Shown here in pieces: positions 47,721 to 61,684 of a stretch of 64,000 bases of DNA. The notes under the pieces are model-generated. The model saw nothing but the letters and a program-made list of their open reading frames with translations, ran no database searches and was not told the DNA's origin. A program made the translations under genes and the position numbers. Within the stretch, counting starts at the first letter, position 1, and every line of letters starts with the position of its first letter. This DNA comes from Macrostomum lignano. Its lineage: Eukaryota. Location: positions 248,001-312,000 of the forward strand of contig NIVC01000353.1 of assembly GCA_002269645.1 (NCBI GenBank), in the 5' to 3' direction.

Positions 47721-48658
47721 CAGAAAAAAATAAAAAGGACAATTGTTAAGTCGTAACGGCAACATCAAGAATATTTTCAACACAATTTCTACTGCATTCG
47801 GACTTCCTTAAAAATAGAAAACTTGTATTCAGACATTGCTACTCCATCAGGACACACGGCGGCTACAGAAAATCTGTATAAAGTTTTTTTTACTAAACTA
47901 AACAATTTCCACACGAAAAGTGCGACTTGCACAAAAATATAAACAAAATAAAATTAAAAAATTGATTTTAAAAAAGCCCGGAAAAAGGGGTTTTGATACA
48001 TTGATAGTAAAATCACGTTTCTACCAGTAACTATGCGATGCAAATTTAAAATGAGTTTCGTAAGCTAGTGCCCATGAGTTCATCATTATTAGTACGGCAG
48101 AGAAGTTCACGGAAAAGATCTTAAACACTGTTATAAAATCCACCTTGAAAAGCTGGCGCACAACACAGTTTCTATGCAGGATGCAGATCGACTGGGACAG
48201 TCAATATCTTCGACAAAAATGAAACGAGAAAACGGCAATCAACACACTCGTAACACAGAAAGCGTTTCAAAAAATAAACAAAAACAACAGAGCATCTGCA
48301 TGGTTGATAAAAAACCAACAAAACGACTTTATGAAGCGCAACGACGCAGTGCGATAGTTTTGTAAAAAAAATTTTACATTTTTTTCAGGTGAGGCGCGAC
48401 TCAACTGATGTCAAATTCACAATAACAATGAGAAACTAAAATATACACTGTTAGGCATTGCTTCTTACGCGATATTATAGCTTCATCAATCGCACAAAAG
48501 GTATTTATTTGCGTGAAATTCTTACAATCTGATTTTTTTATTACAAGTTTCAAGAGTCAAACACTTAAGAGACACTCAAACATTTAAAAACCAAAGATTA
48601 ATACTAAATTGGTTAACTAATCACTGAAAATTAGTCTTTTGGGATTGAGTAGATGCAA

Positions 48659-49261
48659 AGTGCGTCAGCTCAGCGGTAAGCGCGTCTGACTCTGGCAACA
48701 CGACCCCTTGGTTCGAATCCGTTTGCGGCCACGTTCATTTGAGGCTTGCGTGCACGAAAATTTGCCGAGGGAGTGTCGTGCGATTCACAGCCAGAGATGA
48801 CAGGCGGAAATGGGGTGGGTTATTTCATTCAACCAATCAGCGCTAATTACAGGCCAGAGATAACAGGCGGAGGTTGGGTGGGTGGTTTCATCCAACCAAT
48901 CGGTGCTAATTACAGGCCAAGAGATGACAGGCGGAGGTGGGGTGGGTGATTTCATCCAACCAATCGGTGCTAATTACAGGCCAAGAGATGACAGGCGGAG
49001 GTGGGGTGGGTGATTTTATCCAACCAATCGGTGCTAATTACAGGCCAAGAGATGACAGGCGGAGGTGGGGTGGGTGATTTCATCCAACCAATCGGTGCTA
49101 ATTACAGGCCAAGAGATGACAGGCGGAGGTGGGGTGGGTGATTTTATCCAACCAATCGGTGCTAATTACAGGCCAAGAGATGACAGGCGGAGGTGGGGTA
49201 GTTGTCGCTAGTCAGCCAATCATAAATCACGCTCGTGGAGGTTCCGCTCATCGTTATTTTT
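48659..49261 (+). mobile_element. tRNA-derived SINE-like element with an internal 64-bp tandem repeat
   Basis: A-box-like GCTCAGCGGTAAGCG followed by CGTCTGACT (as in tRNA-Trp/Arg); B box GGTTCGAATCC at 48710-48720; stems not intact. About 6 copies of a 64-bp unit (48790-49200); T5 run at about 49257-49261. Confidence 0.55.
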
Positions 49262-49335
49262 CATTTTCAGTCCGTCTGGCAACACAAAAACACGAGGGAA
49301 AACACAAAAGAGACTGGAATTGAAGTTGCAGATTC

Positions 49336-52300
49336 TCAATCGTCCCCAACGCATCCCAAAAGCGCCACAGCTGCCTGAGCGGCCTCATCAACGTCGGAGT
49401 TTAGCGGGCCTCTGTACCTTGGCGTCATCGGTGTAGACCGGCCGCCACCGGCGGTCGCCGACATAGCCACCAACCCGCCAGTAGTCGCAGCCGCCGCTGC
49501 CGTTGTCGACTGCCAGCCTCGGTTAATCCGGAAGAACAACCTGGCTCGCCTACGAAACGGCGTGTAGCAGGCGAAATAGATGAAAAAATTGCTCAGCGAG
49601 TCGATATTGGCCGGCAGGTAGCTCAGGTACATCAGGTTGAGAATCATCGTTTGAGAATTGGGTATATGGCAGGTGAAAGCGTAAGCGATGGTTGTCATGG
49701 TGAAGTACGGCACCTCAAAGATGAGAAAAGTGGCCAGCAGAGTAAATATTGTTCTTGTCACGGTTCGTTTCCGACGTAGCAGCGACTGGGTGACCCGGCG
49801 ATAATGTAGAACTTGGTTGCGCGGCTGAGCTCGCTGGTGGTGGTGGCAGGCGATCTGCAACAACTGCTGCTGCTGCTGCTGATGCTCGCGTTGTGAGCTG
49901 CACCCGCTGCTGCCGCTGGCACTCCCGTTGGCGCTGACTGAGCCAACATTGCTGCTGGGCAGCAGCTGCTGCGGCATCCGGCCACTGTTCAGAATGGTCA
50001 TCAGGCCGAAGCCGAGAATGAGAGCGAACGGCACGAGGTTGATCACAGCGCTGTAGACGATGTGGTAGCGCAGCCCGGCGCAGATGGTGTCAAGAAAATG
50101 TATAGGCAGAATCGACAGGCCGGCAATGAGGGAGATGCCAATCAGTATCAGTAGGAATGCGTTGCGACCGTAGATGTTTAGCCGAGGTCGGAGCGGTTTC
50201 GTAACGACGTCCCAACGGGCGACGGCAATCAGGGCGACCAGAAGTTTCGAGCTGGGTTGATGGAAAATATTGGCATGGTTGCTATGAGATTGGCATGGTT
50301 GCTATGAGATTGGCATGGTTGCTATGAGATTGGCGTGGTTGCTAATGAGATTGGCATGGTTGCTAGTGAGATTGGCATGGTTGCTATGAGATTGGCATGG
50401 TTGCTAGTGAGATTGGCATGGTTGCTATGAGATTGGCATGGTTGCTATGAGATTGGCATGGTTGATATGAGATTGGCATGGTTGCTATGAGATTGGCATG
50501 GTTGCTATGAGATTGGCATGGTTTCTATGATATTGGCATGGTTGCTATGAGATTGGCATGGTTTCTATGAGATTGGCATGGTTGCTAGTGAGATTGGCAT
50601 GGTTGCTATGAGATTGGCATGGTTGCTATGAGATTGGCATGGTTGATATGAGATTGGCATGGTTGCTATGAGATTGGCATGGTTGCTATGAGATTGGCAT
50701 GGTTTCTATGATATTGGCATGGTTGCTATGAGATTAGCATGTTTTCTATGAGATTGGCATGGTTGCTATGAGATTAGCATGTTTTCTATGAGATTGGCAT
50801 AGTTGCTATGAGATTAGCATGACTGCTAGTGAGTTTGGCATGGTTGCTATGAGATTGGCATGGTTGCTATGAGATTGGCATAGTTGCTATGAGATTGGCA
50901 TGGTTGCTATGAGTTTGGCATGGTTGCTATGAGATTGGCATGGTTGCTATGAGATTGGCATGGTTTCTAGTGAGATTGGCATGGTTGCTATGAGATTGGC
51001 ATGGTTGCTATGAGATTGGCATGGTTGCTATGAGATTGGCATGGTTTCTAGTGAGATTGGCATGGTTGCTATGAGATTGGCATGGTTGCTAGTGAGATTG
51101 GCATGGTTGCTATGAGATTGGCATGGTTGCTATGAGATTGGCATGGTTGCTATGAGATTGGCATGGTTTCTATGATATTGGCATGGTTGCTATGAGATTA
51201 GCATGTTTTCTATGAGATTGGCATAGTTGCTATGAGATTGGCATGGTTTCTAGTGAGATTGGCATGGTTGCTATGAGTTTGGCATGGTTGCTATGAGATT
51301 GGCATGGTTGCTATGAGATTGGCATGGTTTCTATGAGATTGGCATGGTTTCTAGTGAGATTGGCATGGTTGCTATGAGTTTGGCATTGTTGCTATGAGAT
51401 TGGCATGGTTGCTATGAGATTGGCATGGTTGCTATGAGATTGGCATGGTTTCTAGTGAGATTGGCATGGTTTCTATGAGATTGGCATGGTTGCTATGAGA
51501 TTGGCATGGTTGCTATGAGATTGGCATGGTTTCTAGTGAGATTGGCATGGTTGCTATGAGTTTGGCATTGTTGCTATGAGATTGGCATGGTTGCTATGAG
51601 ATTGGCATGGTTGCTATGAGATTGGCATGGTTTCTATGATATTGGCATGGTTGCTATGAGATTAGCATGTTTTCTATGAGATTGGCATGGTTGCTATGAG
51701 ATTAGCATGGTTGCTATGAGTTTGGCATGGTTGCTATGAGATTGGCATGGTTGCTATGAGATTGGCATGGTTGCTATGAGATTGGCATGGTTGATATGAG
51801 ATTGACATGGTTGCTAGTGAGATTGGCATGGTTGCTATGAGATTGGCATGGTTGCTATGAGATTGGCGTGGTTGCTATGAGATTGGCGTGGTTGCTATGA
51901 GATTGGCATGGTTGCTATGAGATTGGCATGGTTGATATGAGATTGACATGGTTGCTAGTGAGATTGGCATGGTTGCTATGAGATTGGCATGGTTGCTATG
52001 AGATTGGCGTGGTTGCTATGAGATTGGCGTGGTTGCTATGAGATTGGCATGGTTGCTATGAGATTGGCATGATTGCTAGTGAGATTGGCATGGTTGCTAG
52101 TGAGATTGGCATAGTTGCTTTATAAAGCTTTTCGTTTAGAATTGGGATTCGATATTAATTTTATCATTCTCAGTTTAAGGACTGTGCAAAAAGTGTAACA
52201 TAACGATAAAATAGATTCATCGAAGCAATGAATCAAGTTGTGCTATTTTTATGATTTTTATGGACAGGACATGTACAATCGTAAACGAATCCTAGTTTTC

Positions 52301-54297
52301 TAAACGAAAAGCTGAACACCAAAAGAGCTATAAGAAAGGCACGGCATAGCCAAATCAAAATCAAAATTCAAAATCAAAATCAAAATCAAAATCAAAATTC
52401 AGATAAACAAGGAAAAACTCAAACGACATGCAGAGTTACGGATTTTTCCCGAACAAATAAGCTGAAATTGTCAATTTCAAGTCGATCTGCCCAGCAATAT
52501 TTTGCAATTACCGGATTTAGCGACCGGATCGGCAAGAAATTGAAATTTTAAACCTGCGCCACCCCCGACTGCCCCCCCCCTCAATTAAAGTTTCCAGTTC
52601 AAGGCATCGAGGGCAATTCGCCCACGTTTGCTTTACCCAGGAGAAAATAAATTCGTTGGCAACTTGATCTTGAATGCTGGTACAATACAATATCTTAGAT
52701 TTTCCATTCTCTGTTTTTCACCCAGTTGCATGTTGATGAAGAGGCGGAGACTTAGAAGGCTTAGGAGACGGTAACTGAGCGGGATAAGCCGTAAACAAAG
52801 TGAGTTGAACTCATCCAACACCCATGGCTCCCCCTACCCTCAAGGTCCCCTTCCCTCATGGCATCCTTCTCCTCTTTCTTCTCATACGGCGCCTACCAAA
52901 CCCATTATCACTTATCTACTCATCATCACTTATCTACTCATCATCATTTATCTACTCATCATCACTTATCTACTCATCATCACTTATCTACTCATCATCA
53001 TTTATCTACTCATCATCACTTATCTACTCATCATCACTTATCTACTCATCATCATTTATCTACTCATCATCACTTATCTACTCATCATCATTTATCTACT
53101 CATCATTACTTATCTACTCATCATCATTTATCTACTCATCATTACTTATCTACTCATCATCATTTATCTACTCATCATTACTTATCTACTCATCATCATT
53201 TATCTACTCATCATCATTTATCTACTCATCATCATTTATCTACTCATCATCATTTATCTACTCATCATTACTTATCTACTCATCATCATTTATCTACTCA
53301 TCATTACTTATCTACTCAACATCATTTATCTACTCATCATCATTTATCTACTCATCATCATTTATTTACTCATCATCATTTATCTACTCATCATCATTTA
53401 TCTACTCATCATCATTTATCTACTCATCATCATTTATCTACTCATCATCATTTATCTACTCATCATCATTTATCTACTCATCATCATTTATCTACTCATC
53501 ATTACTTATCTACTCATCATCATTTATCTACTCATCATTACTTATCTACTCATCATCATTTATCTACTCATCATCATTTATCTACTCATCATCATTTAGC
53601 TACTCATCATCATTTATCTACTCATCATCATTTATCTACCCAGCACCACCTATCTACCCAGCATCACCATCTACCCAACATCACCTATCCACCCAATCAT
53701 TTATCTACCCAAAGACACCTATCTATAAAACACCACCTATCTACCCAAAACGAATTATATATCTAGCTAACTCCACCTATACACCCAACGGCGCCCCTCT
53801 CCCCCCAACAAAACTGTACTGAATGACCCACCAGCAATGGACACAATCCGAGCATCGCTGCAGAGCTCCAGGATCTTAGCGCTGATGGTTGTGGCCGCCA
53901 ATTCTACTCCAAACATACTTTTAAAGGCGGCAGTCAGAGCCCCCGCGGCTGCAGGCGAACTACAGAAGATGGTCTTCATCGAGATGGTGCACACACTGTA
54001 CATAGCTGAGGCCACCTGCAGAACGCATTCAACAGCGGACAGGTAGTACAGCATGATCCTCATTCTAGACTGAATTTCGCGCTTGCCTCGCAGAATCAGC
54101 ACAGCTAGCAGATTGGTGAGAAATGCGGCCACATTGATGCACAAATCAACACTGAGGATCCGGATTACTGACGAGAATGACTCCACACAGAGAAAACTCT
54201 GATGCCACTGGATTTCACTGAAGTCCTGACTGTCGTCCTCTGTAACGTTTGGCGCAGCTGAGGTGTACGGAGGGGTTGTCGGTATGATATCAGCCAT
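49336..54297 (-). CDS. Class A (rhodopsin-like) GPCR, FMRFamide/Srw peptide-receptor-like, about 461 aa; exons 54297-53828 and 50251-49336
   Basis: Seven hydrophobic segments; TM1 TNLLAV; TM3 end ALIAVARWDVV; TM6 TIFTLLATFLIFEVP; TM7 DSLSNFFIYFACYTPFR; N-terminal NVT sequon. A phase-2 intron joins the frames. The start may lie further upstream. Confidence 0.82.
50269..52120. repeat. 20-bp minisatellite (GAGATTGGCATGGTTGCTAT) in the GPCR intron
   Basis: About 90 copies, ending about 18 bp from the acceptor. Confidence 0.95.
52905..53640. repeat. 18-bp minisatellite (TCATCATCATTTATCTAC) in the GPCR intron
   Basis: About 40 copies. Confidence 0.95.
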
Positions 54298-54609
54298 CGC
54301 TCCGACTGATGGATTGGTTTTATTGCCGCTCTGAGGTTTGACAGGAGAGTCTGCTACATTAAGCAATAGCTCTGCTTTTAGTAGGAAATTCCTGCTGCGC
54401 AAAATTGGAATATTAATCCTCGCGGGTTCCTATTGGCTCTCAGGGCTGCTGGCCTATTGATGTAGCGGCACTCTATGATCCTTCTCATCGTTGAGTCTAC
54501 TTCTCATTTTTTTCCTATCTAGTTCTCATTTCTTATCTCTACTCTCTTTTTAATGACAATATCACTCTCACATTTAACTCTCGCTCACTTTCGCTCTCCC
54601 TCTCTCCAT

Positions 54610-54925
54610 CCTCCTGTCGCTCTTCTTCTCACCCTCACTCTCATTCTCACTCTCTCACTATCATTCTCACTCTCACTCTCACTCTCACTCTCTCACTATC
54701 ATTCTCACTCTCACTATCACTCTCACTCTCTCACTATCATTCTCACTCTCACTCTCACCCTCACTCTCACTCTCACTCTCTCACTATCATTCTCACTCTC
54801 ACTCTCACTCTCACCCTCACTCTCACTCTCACTCTTTCACTATCATTCTCACCCTCACTCTCACTCTCACTATCATTCTCACTCTCACTCTCACCCTCAC
54901 TCTCACTCTCACTCTCACTCTCATA
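54610..54925. repeat. (TCTCAC)n-derived repeat
   Basis: Direct. Confidence 0.9.
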
Positions 54926-57048
54926 CAGAATCTAACTGTTTAATCTATTCGTTTTCGCCCAGCTGCTCATAACTCACATGCATTATCTTATCGCGTTTTC
55001 AATATCCTAAAAGATTGACTGCTCTCGACCTGAAATTATGAAAAAATTCAACCCTCATGAAAGCGGCCGCGTGGAATCTCTAATCAAGACAGCGGACTAC
55101 CTGACTCCGGACCTTCAACGGCTTATTTAATTGCTTTTTCTGCTTTTTAATTTAGCTCAAATAGGATAATTACTGCCTGAATCCTGATGGATTTCATCGC
55201 TCAAAGACAAAAAGCTTAACAAACCCTTTAATCCAGCAAACAGGCATAGGCGTAAACAGGCTGACCTATTTCAACTGTATTTGAACCAGTTAATTTTCTA
55301 AGAAATCACTGACCGTAAGTTCATAATTTCGGAGACTTTGCTGCAAGAAAACGCATGTCTCGCCGCCGAACAATCTCCGGGGGGTTCTCTGCAATTTCTC
55401 TTTGATTTCCCCCTTGTAGCTCCCGATCTCATCTGTCTCCATCTCTGGTGAAAAGTCTTTAACCGAGCATCGGGCATCAGCTGAGCTCACTTCAGCACCC
55501 AGACAATTTAGAGCGCTTGAGCAGTTCTCCGTCCTCTTCTCTCTGCCTTTTTCCCCTGTCTGACTCTGTCTGATTCCATCTCTCTCTCTCTCTATCTCCC
55601 TCTCACAATCTCTCTCCATCTCCCTCTCACAATCTCTCTCCATCTACCTCTCACACACTCTCTCTCCAGCTCCCTCTCACACACTCTCTCTCCATCTCCC
55701 TCTCACACACTCTCTCTCCATCTCCCTCTCACACACTCTCTCTCCATCTCCCTCTCACACACTCTCTCTCTCCATCTCCCTCTCACACACTCTCTCCATC
55801 TCCCTCTCACACACTCTCTCTCCATCTCCCTCTCACACACTCTCTCTCTCCATCTCCCTTTCACAATCTCTCTCCATCTCTCTCTCACACACACTCTCTC
55901 CATCCCCCTTTCACAATCTCTCTCGATCTCCCTCTCACACACACTCTCTCCATCTCCCTCTCACACACTCTCTCTCGATCTCCCTCTCACACACACTCTC
56001 TCCATCTCTCTCTCACACACTCTCTCTCCATCTCCCTCTCACAATCTCTCTCCATCTCCCTCTCAGAATCTCTCTCCATCTACCTCTCACACACTCTCTC
56101 TCGATCTCCCTCTCACACACACTCTCTCGATCTCCCTCTCACACACACTCTCTCCATCTCCCTCTCACACACTCTCTCTCCATCTCTCTCTCACACACTC
56201 TCTCTCCATCTCCCTCTCACGATCTCTCTCCATCTCCCTCTTAGAATCTCTCTCCATCTCCCTCTCACACACTCTCTCTCGATCTCCCTCTCACACACAC
56301 TCTCTCGATCTCCCTCTCACACACACTCTCTCCATCTCCCTCTCACACACACTCTCTCGATCTCCCTCTCACACACTCTCTCTCCATCTCCCTCTCACAA
56401 TCTCTCTCCATCTCCCTCTCAGAATCTCTCTCCATCTACCTCTCACACACTCTCTCTCGATCTCCCTCTCACACACACTCTCTCGATCTCCCTCTCACAC
56501 ACACTCTCTCCATCTCCCTCTCACACACTCTCTCTCCATCTCTCTCTCACACACTCTCTCTCCATCTCCCTCTCACGATCTCTCTCCATCTCCCTCTTAG
56601 AATCTCTCTCCATCTCCCTCTCACACACTCTCTCTCGATCTCCCTCTCACACACACTCTCTCGATCTCCCTCTCACACACACTCTCTCCATCTCCCTCTC
56701 ACACACACTCTCTCGATCTCCCTCTCACACACTCTCTCTCCATCTCCCTCTCACACACTCTCTCTCCATCTCCCTCTCACACACTCTCTCCATCTCCCTT
56801 TCACAATCTCTCTCCATCTACCTCTCACACTCTCTCTCCATCTCCCTCTCACACACACTCTCTACATCTACCTCTCACACACACTCTCTCTCCATCTCCC
56901 TCTCACATCTCTCTCGATCTCCCTCTCACACACACTCTTTCCATCTCCCTCTCACACATTCTCTCTCCATCTCCCTTTCACAATCTCTCTCCATCTCCCT
57001 CTCACATCTCTCTCGATCTCCCTCTCACACACACTCTCTCCATCTCCC

Positions 57049-60000
57049 TGTAAATAGCATCATTTTCGCTCTCGCGTGCGCGTGAACTTATGTGTTTTAT
57101 GCTCAGTGTACAATCGCTAGTGTACATTGCAAAATCAAATATAAAATATCTCGCTTGGCTTTAGCCTCTTCGCGTTTTTCTCGGACTAGCTCAAACCCGC
57201 CCTTTTGCCTAGTTTACATTGGTGGCAGCGGTCTCTAAATCAAGCCGGCTTACCCATGGCGCATGCAAATGCACTTTTGCCCAAGTTTTCGGGTGCTGAC
57301 GACACCAACATCAACATGTGGCTGCAAATTTTTGAAGATTTTGCAGCAGATTCTGAGTGGAACGATGCTAAAATGGCTTCAAAAATCAAGCTTCTTCTGT
57401 GTGGCGAAGCGTTGGTGTTCGTCTGGGACCTGTCAGAGGACGAGAAGAAAAGCTTCAAGAGTATAAAAACCAAACTCGTCCAGTTCTACAGCAGCAAGGA
57501 AAACTCCCCCCGCGCCATGTCGGAGTTTGAGAACCGAAAACGACGTCAGGGAGAATCATTGAGGGAGCTGTGCTTGGCTCTCAAGCTTCTGTATCGGAAG
57601 GCACGCCCTGAACACGCTCAAACGGTGAGAGACTGCGAAGTGCGACACCGAATGCTGGCACTGCTGCCTAGAGAGATTCGCGAAGCCTTACTGAGAGAGT
57701 CCGATTGCGACGAAGTCAGCCCTGAACAGTTGGCGGACCGAGCCACAACTCTGGAGAGCATAGGCAGCAAAGGAGCCTCTGCAAGCGTTGCAGTGACATC
57801 GGTTAGTAATCAAGTGTCTGATCGGCTGGAGCAGATGCAGAAGCAGCTGGCAGACCTGGCCGCGACAGTTGCCACGATCAGCAGCCGGGGAAGTCAACGT
57901 GGAAGAGGAAGAGGAGCCGGACGCAAAGGCAGCAGCCGAGGAAGATGTTTCAACTGCGCTCAGCCCGGCCATTTTGCTGCTCAGTGCCCCAGCAGGAAGG
58001 CTGCATCAACCACGCCGTCCGTGTGCTCGCTGCTCAGGCAAAAGACACCGAGCCGAGGTCTGCCCGACACCAGCTTCGGGAAACTTCTGAGGACTGGTGA
58101 CCGCGGGCCATCACCAGCCCTGCCTAGCAAGGCCCAAACCGCTTCCATCTTCCTTCCCGGCAGCATTGCTGGCCGGCCCTGCAGGTGGCTGTTCGACACT
58201 GGCGCGCAGGTGACGCTTGTATCAGCTGCTCAACTTCGTACTCTAGGAATCGCTGCTCAGCTGCATCCACCTCTCAGTTCTCCGGTCGGTATCGACGGTC
58301 GAAGCTTGGAGTCCCCAGGAAGTGCAACGCTAGTCATACAGCTGGACGGTCTACCACCAACAGAGCATCAGGTGACGGTGGTCGCCGACATCCAGCCAGA
58401 ATGCGTACTCGGCTTGGATGCCATCGGCAAGATGTGCTCAAGTTTCAGCTGGGGTCAACCAGGATCCCCATCCCCATGCCGACCCGGTAGTGCTCTACCA
58501 AAACCAGACAATCGGCAACTTCGACTCTGCCGAACCTCATGGATCTGGCAAAGAACCTGATGAAGAGGTTGGCTTCAAAATCAACCCTGAGCTAAGTATG
58601 TCGCAACGCAAGCTAATCGAAGCCCTCCTCAGCAAGCACGAGAAAGCATTCGCCAGTAATGAGTTCGATCTGGGAACAACACACCTGCTGCAGCACGAGA
58701 TCAACCTGGAGCCGGGCAGTCGCCCTATCAAGCACAGGCAGCGGACAGTCCCGCTGAACTTCTGCCAGCAAGTGGATAACAAGATCAGTGAGATGCTGCG
58801 TCACGGAATCATCGAGCCATCGTGCAGTCCATGGGCGAGCAACCTGCTCGTTGTTCGCAAGAAAAACAACGAGATCCGAATCTGCACCGACTGGAGAAGC
58901 CTCAACTCGTGCACCGTGAAGGACGCCTACCCGCTGCCTCCCCTGTCGGTTGCTCTAGACGCATTTACGGGATGCAGTTGGTTCAGCACACTCGATCTCC
59001 GCCAAGGGTTCCTGCAGGTCGAGCTACGTGAACAGGATCGAGAGAAGACGCATTTTACTCAACGCAGGGCCTGATGCAGTACAGGAAGCTTGGATTTGGC
59101 CTCTGTAACGCTCCAGCAACCTTTCAGCGGCTGATGGATCTAACAATGGCCGGTCTGAACTGGACCGAAGTGCTCACGTACATGGACGATCTGATTTTGT
59201 TCAGCCCGACGTTTGAAAAACACGCCCAAACCTTGGAGCAGGTCCTCGAAAGACTGCAGTCAGCGGGCCTTAAGCTGAACAAGCGCAAGAGCTGCTTCTG
59301 CTTCCAAGAAGTAGAGTACCTGGGCCACAAAATCTCTGCCGAGGGTATTCAACCAACTTAGGAGAAGATCAGCGCCATCCAGTCCATCCCAACGCCTGAT
59401 TGTGCCGAAGACGTTCGCCGGCTCGTCGGTATGCTGGGCTTCTATCGGCGATTCGTCCCAAACTTTGCCAGCATCGCTAATCCGCTTTATCAGGTGACTC
59501 AGAAGGGACGGCAGTTTCGGTGGACATCAGAGTGCGAAGTGGCGCTACAGAAGCTGAAGTCAGCGCTCTCGGCGCCTCCACTGCTGAAGCTGCCGGACTT
59601 CTCCAAAGGATTCCGTCTCTGCTGTGACAGCAGCGGCGTGGCCATCGCGGGTGTCCTCAGCCAGCTGCACGAAGGCGTTGAATGTCCGGTAGCATACGCG
59701 TCGCGAGTCCTGAACAAGTCAGAGCGGAAATACTCGACAACGCACCGAGAGCTTCTTGCAATGGTATGGGCAATTAAGCACTTCCGAAACTACTTGGCGT
59801 CAGCTGGTGAAATTCTGGTCTTCAGCGACCACAAGCCGTTGCAAGTGTTGCTGAACACGAAGGAACCCGAAGGCCGCCTCGCCAGGTGGATCACCTACCT
59901 GCAAGAGATCAACTTCACGCTGCTCTTCAGACCTGGTCACGAGAACGTGGTGGCAGATGCGCTAAGCCGAGGGGCGGCGACTCGGCTGCCACCTGTCTGG

Positions 60001-61684
60001 TCGGACGACGCTATCAGTGCAGCGCAGGCTGACGACCCGGTGCTGGCGGCGGCACAACGGCTGCTCATCGGACAGCAGCCCCGCCGAGGCGAGGCTGCAG
60101 AGGATGCAGAGAAACTGCTGAGGACAGAGAAGCTGGACCTAGGTGAGGACGGCGTCATCAGAAGGAGCGGCAAGCCTGTCATTCCGCTTCAAATCCGCTA
60201 GGAGCTTCTGAGGTTGCTGCACGATGATCCGGCGAGCGGACACCTCAGACCCGACAGGACACTGGCCAGAGTCGTCAACAGAGCCTGGTGGCCCGGCCTC
60301 AAGGATGACGTTCAGCACTGGGTAAACAGCTGCGAAGTTTGTCAGCGTCGTAAGGTGCCACATCAGCACCAGAGGGCACCACTGCAGGACAACGCCGTGC
60401 CATCGGCCCCGTGGGAGATTGTGCAGGTGGACATTAAGGGGCCCCTGCCTACGACCGGGGCTGGCCTGAAGCACATCATCTGCTTCACGGATGTGTTTTC
60501 AAAGTGGGTTGAGGCGACGACAGTGACAAACATCGAAGCCCGCACGGTGGCTGAGGCAATGCTGCGTAGTGTGGTTCTTCGCCATGGGTCGCCTGAAATC
60601 ATCCATTCCGATCAAGGTCGTCAATTCGAAAGCGAGGTCTTCAAGGAACTGTGCCAGCTGCTCGATATTCGCAAGACAAGGACGACCCCGTTTCATTCAA
60701 TCGGAAACCCAGGGGTCGAGCGGTTCAACAGAACATTGGGCGACATGCTGGCGGCCTACTGCATGAAACAGCACGACAAGTGGGCGGACTTCCTGCCGTA
60801 TGTCATCTGGGCGTACAACTCGTCGGTGCACAGCACAACAAAGCAATCGCCATATGCAGTGCTGCACGGACGCGATCCCCGGATTCCCACCGATCTCAGT
60901 CTGCCGGCCACCAGCGAGGGGCGCATCATCACGGACACGCTAGCCAACGCCCGCACCGGAATGCAGCTCGTGCGGCAGCGCCTGCTGTCGACTCAGCGGT
61001 CGCGGAAGCAGCACTACGACAAGCGCCAGCACTTCACTCCGTTCCAGGTCGGCCAGCTGGTGATGCTCAGCAACCCGGCGGTCCGGAAAGGCGAATTCAA
61101 GGCGCTCCGCCGTCGGTGGCTGGGGCCCTACCGCGTTCTCGAAAAGCTCGGCCTCGTCACCTACCGAATCTCTAAGCCCTCTGGCCGGAGGCGAAGCTCG
61201 GTGGTGCATCACGACCGGCTGAAGGCGTTCGTGCGCAGGCGGCCGCAGCCAAAGCTTGCGTTGCCCGCCGCTGACCCGCATGCAGCAGAGGACGGCCGGC
61301 CGCCCAGTCCCGTTGATCCGCGGCAGACCTAGACGGAGCTGGACGAGCCGACGGCTGCTGGGCCTCGTCGCTCTGAGAGGACTTGGAGACCGCCAGATTT
61401 TTTTGTTGCGCAGTTCTAATCGAACAAACATGTTGCGGCGCTCGAATTCTAAGTTAAATCGTCACTTTTTTTAAGCCATTGTTTTTTAATCCTCAATTTA
61501 GGGAGGGAGAGATGTAAATAGCATCATTTTCGCTCTCGCGTGCGCGTGAACTTATGTGTTTTATGCTCAGTGTACAATCGCTAGTGTACATTGCAAAATC
61601 AAATATAAAATATCTCGCTTGGCTTTAGCCTCTTCGCGTTTTTCTCTGACTAGCTCAAACCCGCCCTTTTGGCTATAGTTTACA
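57049..61684 (+). mobile_element. Complete Ty3/Gypsy LTR retrotransposon, 4636 bp, non-functional copy
   Basis: LTRs 57049-57218 and 61513-61684 (TGTAAA...TTTACA); PBS TGGTGGCAGCGGT (57220, complementary to the tRNA-Leu 3' end); PPT AGGGAGGGAGAGA (61500-61512); 4-bp TSD TCCC. Confidence 0.95.
57256..61332 (+). pseudogene. gag-pol with CCHC knuckle, protease, RT, RNase H and integrase; two frameshifts and two premature TAG stops
   Basis: CFNCAQPGHFAAQC; LFDTGAQV; TLDLRQGF; TYMDDLI; CCDSSG; HDDPASGH..CEVC; VQVD/IHSDQG/VERFN; WLGPYRV. Frame changes near 58450-58500 and 59050; TAG at 59359 and 60199. Confidence 0.92.

Noticed and set aside
48659-48732. Functional tRNA gene
   Set aside because: A and B boxes are present but the acceptor, anticodon and T stems do not pair; treated as a SINE head or pseudo-tRNA.
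52805-53822. His-rich and IIYLL repeat ORFs
   Set aside because: Translation of the 18-bp intronic minisatellite on the strand opposite the GPCR.
55290-55643. 117-aa minus-strand ORF upstream of the GPCR
   Set aside because: Starts inside the CT minisatellite and has no recognisable domain or clear splice support.
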